Shown here piece after piece: positions 48,731-61,416 of a stretch of DNA of 64,000 nucleotides. Source of the stretch: Hormiphora californensis (lineage: Eukaryota; Animalia; Ctenophora); the NCBI GenBank assembly GCA_020137815.1, contig CM035354.1:1-64000 (forward strand). The letters are read 5' to 3'. The notes beneath the pieces were generated by a model. That model searched no databases. It saw only the letters and a list, made by a program, of their open reading frames with translations, and was not told the DNA's origin. The first letter of the stretch is position 1. Each line of letters opens with the position of its first letter. The position numbers and the translations under genes are program-made.

Positions 48731-49449
48731 TAGGGTGTCACATATCCGTCAAATTTGCATTAGATATAGTTAGATGGCGCGGACTGGTGAGTGCTGACGC
48801 TTTGGAATTTGGAACCGATTTAAGAGTTTTATCAAGTAGCTATATGGCTCGATGTTCAAGAGGAGAAATTTTTGAAAGCTGCAATTTATAAAGCAATTAA
48901 TCAAGAAAGAAACATACTGAAACCAATCTGAAGAAGTCACATAGTGTCCTTAAAAGGCATAAAGTATAAAGTTGGTTTGAGAAAGTTTGGCAACGATCAG
49001 TTGCCAGCTTAAACTATCACAATCCCTATATCCGGATTCAAAATTGTTGTGGAAGTGCCTCATATGCAAAGTGTGCTTCTCGTACTTGTCCAACTGTCAC
49101 TCATGACATGAGAGTGTGTTAGGGTTAGCTATATGAATGTTAAATACATATCATGTTGAAGACTAAGAATCATTCATCATACGTTCCATTCCCGTTCTTC
49201 ATCAAACTCGATGTTTCCTTTTCCAATATATATTATTCCAATATAATTATACAGTTCGAATATTTTGACCTTGTAACGATTTAGCTTCCTAATTTTCTCG
49301 CTCGCTCCCTCTCTCTCTCTCCCTTCTCTCTCACTCGCTCCCTCTCTCCCTTCTCTCTCTCTCTCTCTCTCTCTCACTCGCTCCCTGATCTCTCCCTTCT
49401 CTCTGTCTCACTCTGTCTCCCTTCTCTCTCACTCGCTCCCTCTCTCCCT

Positions 49450-49481
<32 letters not shown>

Positions 49482-52400
49482 TCTCCCTTCTCTCTGTCTC
49501 GACTTATGTGACGGTCTAGAACTAGCTACTATGTAAAAGGGATAATTACTACAGCAAGGAGTTGAAACATGAAAAAGGGCAGTGTATAATAACCTGTACA
49601 TAACATTCAATCATCCATATATGGAAGAGCGTACATGCATTATGTATCACCAAGACGGTATAGTAGTAATTACTTTAGCGATGCCTGGCTCAAATGGTCC
49701 TGTATTCGTCTAAAAATTCGACTAAAATTCTTGGAAATATACAGAAGGGCCAAAAAAGAAAATAAACATATAGCTTTAAGCTTAATAACGATCCCCACAA
49801 CATTTCAACAGATCTCAAACAAACATGGCATCCAATGGTAGCAGTTTTCCAGCTTATAAACAGTTGCCTAGTTAGACTGTGTTTACAAATGTAAAGGAGG
49901 GTTAGAACATAACAAATAAACAGGATACACATGTGTTATTTCACACTAGAATACTATCTGAACACTCCCAATCACACCATGAACACTCCCAATCACACCA
50001 TGGACACTCACTCCTACAATTGCTAGCGCTCCTAACACAACATATGATCTATAGAGTTCAATTTATTACCAAGGAGTGTACAATGAAATTACTATATAAG
50101 GTATTGGAAAACAATCTATCTATATCCAATTGTTAGCTTTGCTTGATGAAATAAATAACTTTATTACAATAGATCATATCAGTCTCTTAGACATGCCCTT
50201 CACTCGAATGGAATTCCCATTTTGATTTATATTAATTAGAGCAAAATCAAATTTAATGATAAATTAGCATTCCAGAAATTTGAGTGAGATGACCCGAATA
50301 ATAACTTGAATTAGAATCTGGTCTAAGGGTCACCACACACCAAAGTTAAAATTAAAATTAAAATTTTGATTTTAAACCCGCACACACCAGCGGCCGTTAA
50401 AATTTCTCTCCCCCATTCTAAAAGTAACAATCTCGCGCGCGATTTTAACGGGCGTGTTAAAATTTTATCAAAAAACCCCGCCCCTTTTAAAAAATGGGGG
50501 GGTGTGAATCTTTACTTTTAGAATTGGGGAGAAAAAAATTTTTTAACGGCCCCCCTTTTGGTGGGGTGGGGGGTTTAAAAATCAAAATTTTTAATTTTAT
50601 TTTAATTTTTGGTGTGGGGTTTGGACCCAAAAATCAAAATTTGGGTTTTAAAAGGGGGGTTTAACTTGAGAAAAACAATTGAAAAATTAAAACCAATTTG
50701 GAGTTTAATAGGGGGTACAACCCTATTGACTTTTTAAAAAAGGACTACAAAAAAAATTTTGTTCCGATTCCTTCCCCAAACCTTCCCCCCTCTCTTTTTT
50801 TATCTTTTTTCCCCTCCCTTTTTAAATTGCCTTCCCAAACCTCTCGCTTTCCCCACCTCCCTTTCCTCACCCCCCCACGCCTCGCCCCCTTTTTTCCCTT
50901 CCCTTCTCCCCACCCCCTCTCCCCCTTTTTTTCCCCCCCTTTTTTTCCCAAACCCGGTCTTCTCTCTCTCGCTTCTTTCTCTCTCTTTCTCCTTTTCTCT
51001 CTGCATCTTTTTCCCCTCTCTTTCCCTTTCCCCTTTACCTCTTCCTCCCCCTCCCCTCCTCTCTCTCTCCCCCCTCAACCCTCTTCTTCTTTTCCTCTCC
51101 CCCTCTTCGCTCGCCCCTCCCCTTGGGCTCTCCCCCTTACCCCCCTCTCTCCCCCTTCTCTTTTCCCCCTCTCTCTCCGGTCTCTCTCTCTTTTCCCCCT
51201 CCCCTTCTCTCCCCAAATTATCTCTCTATCTCTTCTCTTCCCCCCCCTCCCCTTTTCTTACCCCCTCCCCCTTCCCCTGCTTTTTCCCCAAGGGCCCCGA
51301 TTCCAAAATGAAGGGGGGAATTTAAAAGGAACCCGTTAACAATAAGCCCGGAGAAAGAAAAGATAAGGAAAAAAGTAAAAAGGAGGGGAAAAGAAGAAAA
51401 GAGAAGGGGGAAAGAAAGGAGAGGAAGGAAAGAAGGGAAAAAAAAGAAAAGAAAAAGAGGAGAGAGAATAGGAGAAAAAGGAGAGAGACTGGGGTTTAGG
51501 AAAGAACGACAAGAGGAGAAAAGGGAGTGGGAAGGGAAAGAGGGGAAAAGGGAAAACCGTGAGGGAAAATGGAAAAAGGGGGAAGCTCGGGAAGAGATCT
51601 GGCATGCTTGCCCGGTTTTTAAAATAGTCTACTTTTAGCATACCCCCTACTGAAGCAGGGGGCCAAACCCATGCCAAGAGCCACCAAACCCAAATTTTTA
51701 AAAAAGGGGGGTCGTTATAATACACACAAATGAATACACAATATGGGTGAAACTAAACGGGCATCGAAAAACCCAAAACTTATAGTATAAAAAAATTTTT
51801 TTTCCCAAGTAGGGTTTGGAAGAAAACCAAAGGGGGAAATTTCGAAAAATTTTCGTTCGAGAAGAAGGGAAAACCAGGTATTAAAGGGAGGTAGAAAAAA
51901 TTTGGAGGAAGGTGGAGGGGGTAGAAGAAAGAAAGAGGTTCGAGAAAAATACCCTAAATGAGTTTGTCGAAAGGGGAAAGGATGTAGGGGCCAGGAGGGG
52001 AAAGAGGGAGAAAAAAGGGAAAATAGGAGACGATTACTACTTTACCTAAATTACTCACTCTCTCCTCTCTCTCTCTCTCCCCCCAACCCCTCTCATCTCT
52101 CTCTTTTTCTCCCCTCTTTTCCCCCTCTCTCTCTCTCTCTCTCCTCTCTCTCCCCCCTCTCTTTTCCTCTCTTCCCCTCTCTTCCCTCTCTCTTTTTAAC
52201 CCCTCCCCCCCCCCATTTTTTTGCCCTTTTTTTTTTTTTGGCGGGAGGGCGGGAGGATATGTGTAGACTCATTAGTTGGCAGCCCCCTTTGGGCTTCCGC
52301 GGGGCACCACCCAAAAAAGGGGGGGGGGCACCCCAAAAAATTTTATATAAAAAGTATATTTTGGGGGGGGGGGTAAAAAGGGGAAAGGAAAGGTAAATTT

Positions 52401-54185
52401 TTTTCCTTTTTTTTTATTTTTTTCCCCCCCCGTCTCCCCCTCTCTTCCCCCTCTCTCTCTTCTCTCTCTCTCTCTCTCTCTCCCCCACCCTCTCTCCCTC
52501 CTCTCCCCTTCTCTCCCCCTCTCTCTCTCCCCTTCCCCTTTCTCCCTCTCTCTCCCCCCCCAACCATCTCCCTCACACAACAACAAAGCCCCCAATTGGA
52601 GTGTGAATGGAGCGGCTCAACAATATTGTAGAGTCGAGTTGCGTGATGTATACAACAGATGGTGTAGAAACATTTAGTCCCCCTCTTTGAGTAGTCATTT
52701 TGGTTTAAAAAAGGTACAACTTATTGTACCAAAACAAAATTTTGGTAAAGATAGTTTAAGTAGAGATAAAACAGAATAAGCAGGCAATGGAAAACAGACG
52801 AAGTAGAGACAAAACAGAATTAGAGACAAAACAGAAGTAGAGACAGACAAAGTAGAGACAGACAGAAGTAGAGACGGACAGAATAGTAATTATTAAAGCC
52901 AGACAGAATAGAATCCTCTGAGTCAGAGTCTGACTGATTACTTTCCCAAAAACCCCCAAAAAATTGCTAAAAAAGCAAAAGACGGAAAGGCCCTTTAAAA
53001 GGGGACTTTTTTCCTTCCATTATATACTATGAGCGAAGGGGCCCCAAAATGATCTTTTAAAAAAACAGTAAAATTATTTGTCAGGTTCAGTGAAAGTGAC
53101 AGAAAAAAACGGGTTAAAAAACCCCAAACCCAAAAAAATTTCTTTTTTAAAAAAGGGGAAAGAGTGCCCTTTTAACTTTTTTAACTAAAGCGTTTTGGGG
53201 GTTTTTTTTTAGCTAAACTCCCGGGGTTAAACATACAAAAATTTTTAAAAAACTGCGTTATATATAGTAAAATTATATATGCTTGTGTTGACCAAGAAGC
53301 AAAGCGAGAGAGTAAGTTGAGAACTTGGTGACATAGACACCTGGCGCGACATGAGTCATGAATCATGCTACCAGACCTATCCCAAGCATCTATAACAAGC
53401 AACAGCAACTGTTATAGTTAACAGAAAACAACAGCAACAACCCGCTCGCATGAGGTGAAGCCTTGACGTGGCGCAGCGGCTTACAGCTCCCAGTCTCGAC
53501 TGCAACTGGGAGTCGTCTGCTTCTCCTGGTCTGGACTGGGAGCTCAACGAATTCTCCTCAACCAAAGGGACTGCTTCTGATCTGGGATTTTCCAAGCTCC
53601 AAAACTCTGTCACGGCCCCTGGCCGGACAATTTCAGTGGAGGATGCAAGGAGTGTCAACCGACACCCTCAGACCAGGAGCGGTGAGGCTGGCGAGAGGTG
53701 CTCTCCTGCGGAGAGCTCCTCTCGGCCCTATTTAACCTCAGAACAACAACAACAAAACAACAACAACAGCAACTGTAATTATAGTTAACACAAAACAACA
53801 ACTACATAAGATGCACCTCAATAGTGATAGCACACACAATACCTCCTGACACACACAATACCTCCTGACACACACAAAGATAGAAAATAGACAACATGAG
53901 ATGAGCTCGCACAATATACAGAGTTACACACACTGCTACTGCTGCAGACCCACCACACACGTTTTGCATGGGCAGGGAACACATATGTTATTTAGGAGTG
54001 GTCTAGCTCCTTCACTTGTTGCAAAATGCTGTGATGCAGCCCCCCTTATATGGAGTTTAGAAGCAAGGTTAGATCAAGGTCTAAAATCATTGTTAAGCTA
54101 CACTGTATACGTCAATAATACAGTGCATACTGGCGTACTGTTGAAACTTGGAGCCCCTATATAACTCACCACTTGTATTATAGCA

Positions 54186-54425
54186 CTAAAGTCCAATTTT
54201 TTATTTAAGCGACAGGCCGCCGCGCATCAAAATGCAGCGCTTGAAATCGATTTCCGGTTCCTGATAAGCTAGCGACTTTTTCTTGGTGCCATTGGAAAGA
54301 TAAAAATTTTATCTTTCCAACGCAACCAGGATCAAGTCTCTATCTCATCAGGAACCGGAGATATGACCAATTAACCAATTGTGTGCGCGGCGGCCTGTCG
54401 CTTAAATAAAAAATTCGACATTATA
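54186..54425. mobile_element. MITE-like inverted-repeat element
   Basis: aattttttatttaagcgacaggccgccgcgca / tgcgcggcggcctgtcgcttaaataaaaaatt; inner ccggttcctgat / atcaggaaccgg. Confidence 0.65.
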
Positions 54426-54560
54426 GCAGTATCCAGTGAATCCACTATCCAACCAAGAATCACAAGAATCATTATCAAAAACTAGCATATCCGCGATAAC
54501 TCCAAACCAAACCCTAAAGGGGGAAAACTTGTTGAGTACCAAGGAAAAACAGTCGCGAGC

Positions 54561-55014
54561 GGGTGGAGACACACTGAAGTTGAGCGCGCTCGTTCAAATC
54601 TCAACCTCGCGACACACACTGAAGTTCGAAGTTCGAAGTTTTGCGAAAACCCAATTTCGGCTGAAAAATCATTTGTAATTTAAGAGGCTAACATATTTAC
54701 TGGTACATCTCTCGAGGTGTCCTTTATCCATACTGAGTCAATTTCACCGTTTTTGAAATTTTTGGCTAATCCGGTCACAGCTGTCCCAATTCACCAAAAA
54801 TTTTAAAAACGGTGAAATTGATCCGGTATTGATAAAGGACTCCTCGAGAGATGTACCAGTAAATAAACTAGCATCTTACAAATGATTTCTCAGCCGAAAA
54901 TGGGTTTTCGCGAAACTTCGAACTTTTCCGCGAAACTTCAAACCGCGAAACTTCAGTGTGTGTCGCGAGGTTGAGAGTTGAACGCGCGCGACCAACTTCA
55001 GTGTGTCTCCCCCC
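54561..55014. mobile_element. PIF/Harbinger-like MITE (GGG termini, 3-bp TSD AGC); family also at 59595-59869 and partially at ~12180-12340
   Basis: TIR gggtggagacacactgaagttg...; agc on both flanks. Confidence 0.75.
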
Positions 55015-56158
55015 AGCCTGAACATGAGGTTTTCCCCCAAAGGGCAGCCCCACCCTGTTTCTTGCGTGATATGGGCACCTGTGTAGTGTGTGAGATCGAC
55101 GTCACACGCGACTGAGATTGATCCCACAAACAGGTGTCCGCTCCGCGCGTTAGGGTTAGGGTTAGGGCCGGGTTCCGGTTGGGTTAAGGTTAGGAATAAC
55201 CAGTAGGCCTACTAACCCTAGTAACATTAACACTACGCCTAACTCTAATCCTAGCCCCCACCCTAACGTTAAGGTTAGTAATAAATAGGGTTAGGGTTCA
55301 GCTTAAATTAGGGTAAGCCCTGTATGGCGGCGCCCAGGCCATACCCCAATTTTGATTCTCAAAAAGTGCGCTCAGATGGGTCGCGGCGCCAGACAGGGTA
55401 AGCCCTAGTAAACGTGGGTAGGCGGTAAATGTTAACCAGATCTGTGAGAATTTCGCACGTTTTTGCCCATAACTCAGCCATTTCTTGACCAATTTGCAAA
55501 ATCTTTGGCTCATTGGAAGAGGACATCACCCTAATGGGCAAATACTGATTTGCGCGAGACGTACTATAGACCGAGAGGTAGTAGCGACGTATTATAGATG
55601 TATTATAGACGTATAGAGGTATTAACGACAGACGCGGACGTACTCAAGACGTACTATAGACGTCCTATTATAGACGTAGTAAAGACGCCTAAGCGACGAT
55701 AAAAACGTTCTTATATAGACGCACTATAATAGACGCACGTCGCACTATAGACGCTCTATAGACGTAAAAGGAGAAATATCTGATAAAACACTTTATGTAT
55801 CGCCAAAATTGAAAATCGATTTCATTGAATGAAAGCCGGAAGGTACCAAGATTTTAATTTTGCCCAACTAAACCAAATCTTTTTAAGAGACCACGCAGGA
55901 CGCGGCCACGAAGTAATTTAGACGACGTCATAGATGACGTCATATACAAGCTTGGCCAAGTTGCGTGTTTGCGCGGTTTCTAAACTATTGCGCCGCAAAT
56001 TGCCGCCGCGCGCGATAGTTATGAATATGATATATTTAATTTTGGCCGACGAAATTGAAAAAAAAAAAAAATTTTAACAAATAAAAAAAGTTTTTAAACT
56101 TCTTGAAAAGCGCTGCCTTATCCAGCGGCGTTTGCCAATTAAACTTCTGTCAAGGAAA

Positions 56159-56321
56159 GCATGAGGAGGCTCGAAAATGTTCATGTCATACACATTCAAA
56201 TCACGCCCACCAATCACAGCTCAGAACGGCTCTTGCGATCCGCGCGTTCTGAGCTGTGATTGGTGGGCGTGACTTGAATGTGCATGACGCCATGACATGA
56301 ACATTTCCGAGCCTCCTCATG
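56159..56321. mobile_element. Hairpin MITE
   Basis: gcatgaggaggctcg...tcacgcccaccaatcacagctcagaacg and its reverse complement. Confidence 0.7.
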
Positions 56322-56633
56322 CCACAAAACTGCATGGTGATCCCATGGTGATCCAGCAACAGCCCCTTTGAAGTGTTTGTATGGAGTATGGGATTGCTTA
56401 AAATGCATTAAAAATCTAAAATTTTCCGGTGGCTTCGCCCCCTAGCCCCCACCAAGGGCTCTGCTCCTGGACCACGTTGGGGGGGGGGCTGGGCCCTCTG
56501 ATCCCCCTGCAGCAGCTCCCTTAGAGCCGCTTCGTGGCACCTCGGTCGCTGGGTTTCGGTATTAGTGTGTGTAGGCGGACTCTAGTGCTACACTCTAAGT
56601 CTACAGTGGACACTATATGATATAGAGTATATA

Positions 56634-58201
56634 CAAGGTGGGCCACGGATTGTTGGTAAGGGTTAGCGAGTTGTCCCGTCAAAACGGTGATAGTTGCGAG
56701 AATAAAAATCATGGGAGCACTCTGGATCAATTTCTTGGTAACTTTTTCCATAATTTTTTGTCAAAAATTCGAAAATTCATTTTTCATTCCTTCATTCATT
56801 TCTCGTTCATTTATGATGTGAGCATCCTAATTTTCCATCATGGTGCTATTTTTCTTTGGCTTGAATTTATCTTTCCAATGAACACCATAAAAATGAAATT
56901 GAAGCACCAGGTCACGTTGCAGTTGAGAAAATGCTCATGCATAATTTTGGCTCTTCCTGCGACTTTCAATGAGCTGTATCACGGCTCCCTTTTGTTCAAT
57001 CTTTTTCAAAATTTGGGTGAACATTGGATAAACAAAGATCTTTGCTCACAAGAAAAATCAAGGTCAAAACTCAAAGTTCATTTTTCATTTTTCATGGTAC
57101 TTCATTCCACTCATTCAGGAACTAACATCCCTAAAGTCATGAAAAGTTTTGGGTTTTGTTTGGCCTATGCTCTGCAATGCCAGAGAGGTGTAGTAGCGTG
57201 TTTCCGGGCTAGTTTTTGGGTGTCCATGTGATCATGATGATACCTGACACCTTATTTGGGCCATAATTAAGAGATGTTCTCAAGTTGAAGCATGTGACTT
57301 GGGTTTTCTGTGATTGATATCGTGAAACAATGTTATGGGATCCCATAGTACCCCTAAAATGATGATTAATTCAACAAAATGAGTTGATTTATTATTGAAA
57401 AGATTTAAACCGAAGACAAACTCAACTAAACGAACAATTTCGATCATAAATCAACTCATTTTGTTGAATTAATCATCATTTTAGGGGTGCTATGGGATCC
57501 CATAACATTGTTTCACGATATCAATCACAGAAAACCCAAGTCACATGCTTCAACTTGAGAACATCTCTTAATTATGGCCCAAATAAGGTGTCAGGTATCA
57601 TCATGATCATATGGACACCCAAAAACTAGCCCGGAAACACGCTACTACACCTCTCTGGCATTGCAGAGCATAGGCCAAACAAAACCCAAAACTTTTCATG
57701 ACTTTAGGGATGTTAGTTCCTGAATGAGTGGAATGAACTACCAAAAATGAAAAATGAACTTTGAGTTTTGACCTTGATTTTTCTTGTGAGCAAAGATCTT
57801 TGTTTATCCAATGTTCACCCAAATTTTGAAAAAGATTGAACAAAAGGGAGCCGTGATACAGCTCATTGAAAGTCGCAGGAAGAGCCAAAATCATGCATGA
57901 GCATTTTCTCAACTGCAACGTGACCTGGTGCTTCAATTTCATTTCTATGGTGTTCATTGGAAAGATAAATTCAAGCCAAAGAAAAATAGCACCATGATGG
58001 AAAATTAGGATGCTCACATCATAAATGAACGAGAAATTAATGAAGGAATGAAAAATGAATTTTCGAATTTTTGACAAAAAATTATGGAAAAAGTTACCAA
58101 GAAATTGATCCAGAGTGCTCCCATAATTTTTATTCTTGCAACTATCACCGTTTTGACGGGACAACTCGCTAACCCTTACCAACAATCCGTGGCCCACCTT
58201 G
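56634..58201. mobile_element. Non-autonomous Tc1/mariner-type foldback element (~755-bp arms, TA TSD)
   Basis: ta|caaggtgggccacgg...ccgtggcccaccttg|ta; the arms are near-identical, which explains the mirror ORFs 56638-57231 and 57607-58218. Confidence 0.9.
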
Positions 58202-58501
58202 TATAAGGTGTCACACATGGAGATCGCTTCTGATGACTTCTCTGGTCACCTACTGTAATTAGTGTCTAGTTTCTTCATTTCTCAAGATATTAAGTTCATA
58301 TTTTGCAAACATGCCTAAAATAGTATTTTACGTCCCGGGATATGAGATCTTTGAATTTCAACAATTCCTTCAGGCAGCTAGATCACCATATTTTTTCCAA
58401 ATTTAAAGATTTTATACCCCGGCCAAGTATATAGTCTATCTAGCATCCCTGCAAAGTTTCAGAGTGATACTTCCTCTAGTACTCGAACCGTTTATACTTA
58501 A

Positions 58502-58948
58502 AGTGAGAGTGGACAGAATCAGAATGGGACAAGTTTGTTGGAGGTTGTAGAGATTAGCTTTCTGAGCATTTTGCGTTTTTGCCGCTCAAAATCGACCCAC
58601 TGAGATATTTTTGTTACTCTCGGGGAATTCCTGCTGGATCAATATTCATCAAATAGGATAGAAACTAAAAAAATTCTTTAAATTTTTGATATGCTGAATT
58701 GCATTGCTCTGCTTCTGTGCATGGACATGTCAACCTCACTGCTTATATTCAGAATGTGTTAGTAAAACACGACGATTGTTTCTATCCTGTTTCTTACATA
58801 CTGATTTAACAGGAATTCCCCGAGAGTAACAAAAATATCTCAGTGATGGATGGGGCGATTTTGAGCGGCAAAAAGGCAAAATGCTCATAGAACTAATCTC
58901 TACAACCTCCAACAAACTTGTCCGATTCTGATTCTGTCCACTCTCACT
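58502..58948. mobile_element. Kolobok-like MITE (TTAA TSD, AG...CT termini)
   Basis: ttaa|agtgagagtggacagaatc...gattctgtccactctcact|ttaa with ~130-bp arms. Confidence 0.8.
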
Positions 58949-59594
58949 TTAACGGTGGTGATATTCCCTACCCTCAGAAAACCACATAATATCCTCGCAC
59001 AGCACTAGCGCCGCACGACCACCCTTAGAATAGGGACCACTATATCTAAATTTAGATTTAGATAAAGAGTCGAAATAAGTCTAAACTCTATATATAACTG
59101 TTTTGATGAAACATGATGTCAGGGCGCATATATCTCTGAGCGGTGTGTGGTGCTCAGTGTGACAGAAACCACAATGCGATGGAGGCTGAGGGCACTGGAA
59201 TATGACATGGTGCGTGCGAGTGTGCTTTTACATGGTTCAGATCTGAGTCTGTCTGGCGCCGCTCACCGCTGACCAGATCTGAGCGCAGGGATACTCATTA
59301 TCAAAGTGTGTGGTACTGTTTCATGTTTCGGTTTTCCTTACCGAAAATATCCCTCACTCTCACAATATCGGATTTGGGGCTTATCAGTGTGTCAGGTAGG
59401 AATTAGAGTTGGCTGCCATCGACTTCAAGTCGGCGCCGACTTATCTCCGAGTCGACTTGAAAATATTGTGCCGACTTCAGTCGACTTGATACGCAAAAAA
59501 TGAAAAATTATAGGTACTACAAAGCCATTTCTAATTTTCTAGCACTTCTGTGATCGAAAATGATAAGGAAGTGTTTCTCATATATAATAGCCCT

Positions 59595-59869
59595 GGGTGG
59601 ACACACACTGAAGTTGGGCACGCTCGTTCAAATCCCAACCGTGTGACACACACTGAAGTTCGAAGTTTGAAGTTTCGCGGAAATTTGAAATCAACCATTT
59701 TTAACTGAGAAATCATTTGCAAGAGGCTTCTTTCTTTACTGGTACATCTCTTATCCAAACTGAGTTTTTGAAATTTTCGATTAAAAATTACTGCGAAACT
59801 TCGAACTTCAGTGTGTGTCACGCGGTTGAGATTTGAACGAGCGTGCCCAACTTCAGTGTGTCTCCACCC
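59595..59869. mobile_element. MITE of the same family as 54561-55014
   Basis: TIR gggtggacacacactgaagttgggcacgctcgttc / gaacgagcgtgcccaacttcagtgtgtctccaccc. Confidence 0.8.
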
Positions 59870-60927
59870 CTTGTATTGAAAAATAAACCTTTATCCTGAT
59901 CCATCTAGAACTGAAATGTGTGAAGTATTCTCATTCGATCTAAAAAATAGGAAAAAAGAAACGTTGATAACAGAAGTTGAACAATTATATACCCTGCTAA
60001 CTTAAATAATGCGCCAGTGGCGAGAAGTCCCACTGGCGCGCTCTCAATAAACATCCAGTCCAGCGGCAGATTATTTCCCACTGGCAGGTTATTTATTTTT
60101 AACTCATATGCAAAATTCAAAGTGTGTGTAAATGATCAGTTCTTACTAAAATACAGAGGGAACACTATGTGCAACACTTACACACTACATTGGAGAGAAA
60201 GAAAGGACACATTCCGTCAATTACTCTCTCTTTATCTCCCCTTTTGTCTCACTATCTCTTCCTCTGTGTTATGTGTGACATGCCCCTTATCAGACTATTT
60301 CTTTCACTCTCTTTCCTTAGCAACTGCTTAGTAACTGTTACCAAACAGTGTCTGTGGGGGGAGTCAGGTGACTGGATTACTGACTCCTTGTGGCAGCCCA
60401 TTGTCTATCTCAGGGGGTATGGTAGTCCCGCGGGGGACTAGGGAGGGGGCAGGGGGAGGGTATCTCTCGGGGAAAGACTAGGGAGTGGTCCCACAGCCGC
60501 GGTCCTGGGGCCTGATGGACCAATACGGGTGCGGTCAACCTGCAATAAATCGGCATTGCCCAAACAGAGGGAATCCAGCCCTATGACCTTATACCACAAC
60601 ACTCAAGTCTATTTAACAGAACTTGGAGTGCCAACATCGCTAATACGCCAGGGCTCCTGTTGCCATCCTTAAACAGGCACCGGCAGGTCCAAATCAATTG
60701 GCCGGGTGTTCCAAAAAACACGTATAACACATATGTAGCTTATACACCATTGCTTACACGCCAGGGCTCCTGTTGCCACCCTAAAACAGGCACCGGCGGG
60801 TCCAAATCAATTGGCCGGGTGTTCCCTTCCTAAAAACCGAGTAGGGGCATGGTGCCCCTGGGGAACCCCTGCCCAATTTTCAAATAGCGGCACAGGATAA
60901 GTATATCTGAATTGCACTGGAACCAAC

Positions 60928-61000
60928 AGCTCCGTGGCCGAATGGCCACAAGTTGGGCTAAGAAACACAAGATCCCAGGTTCAAATCCCGGTCAAGAGAT
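60928..61000 (+). other. tRNA-derived (Pol III A/B box) sequence: SINE head or tRNA pseudogene
   Basis: A box tggccgaatgg (60935-60945) and B box ggttcaaatcc (60978-60988); acceptor and anticodon stems pair poorly. Confidence 0.55.
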
Positions 61001-61416
61001 TTATAATATTAGACATCTTTTTTCACTTTTGCTTGATATTGAAGCATTTAAGTTTCCGATTATACCGGCGATTTAACACGATAAATACCGAATACTAGAC
61101 AGGGAGACTAGGTGAACCGACCCTTACCATCGTACCTGAACCAAAAGAAGAACCCTACACCGAACAAAGTCAAGATCTAACTAAACTAACTACTTAATTT
61201 GACCACGAAATCCGGGTTTTTTAGGTGAGCCAAAGCCGACCTCCAAAAGAAAATCGATTCATTACAAGTAGCGTGACGCGTCCATATGTGAGGACCCGGC
61301 GCTATCGTTCGGCAAAAACCAATTCTGGGAAAACCCCAGTACCGTAAGACATACACTCTTTGGATTTCCAGATGATCAAAGAAAATAGTAAATACCTATG
61401 ACAATAAACAAAACCT

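Noticed and set aside
50400-53250. Pro/Phe-rich and Arg/Glu/Gly-rich ORFs and unusual purine/pyrimidine tracts
   Set aside because: Looks like low-quality sequence: the right arm of the inverted repeat at ~50330-50625 is a homopolymer-inflated copy of the left arm. The same texture appears at ~3.9-4.6, 9.25-9.8 and 15.8-16.0 kb.
55148-55312. True telomere or fusion site
   Set aside because: Short degenerate TTAGGG/CCCTAA patches like those inside the 27597-28176 MITE; most likely internal to a transposable element.
56638-58218. Pair of ~200-aa convergent ORFs as transposase genes
   Set aside because: Mirror translations of the two arms of a palindrome, with no DDE or HTH motifs. The same applies to 24946-25146 and 26141-26341.
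60928-61000. Functional tRNA-Leu(AAG)
   Set aside because: A and B boxes are present, but the acceptor and anticodon stems do not pair and there is no long variable arm.
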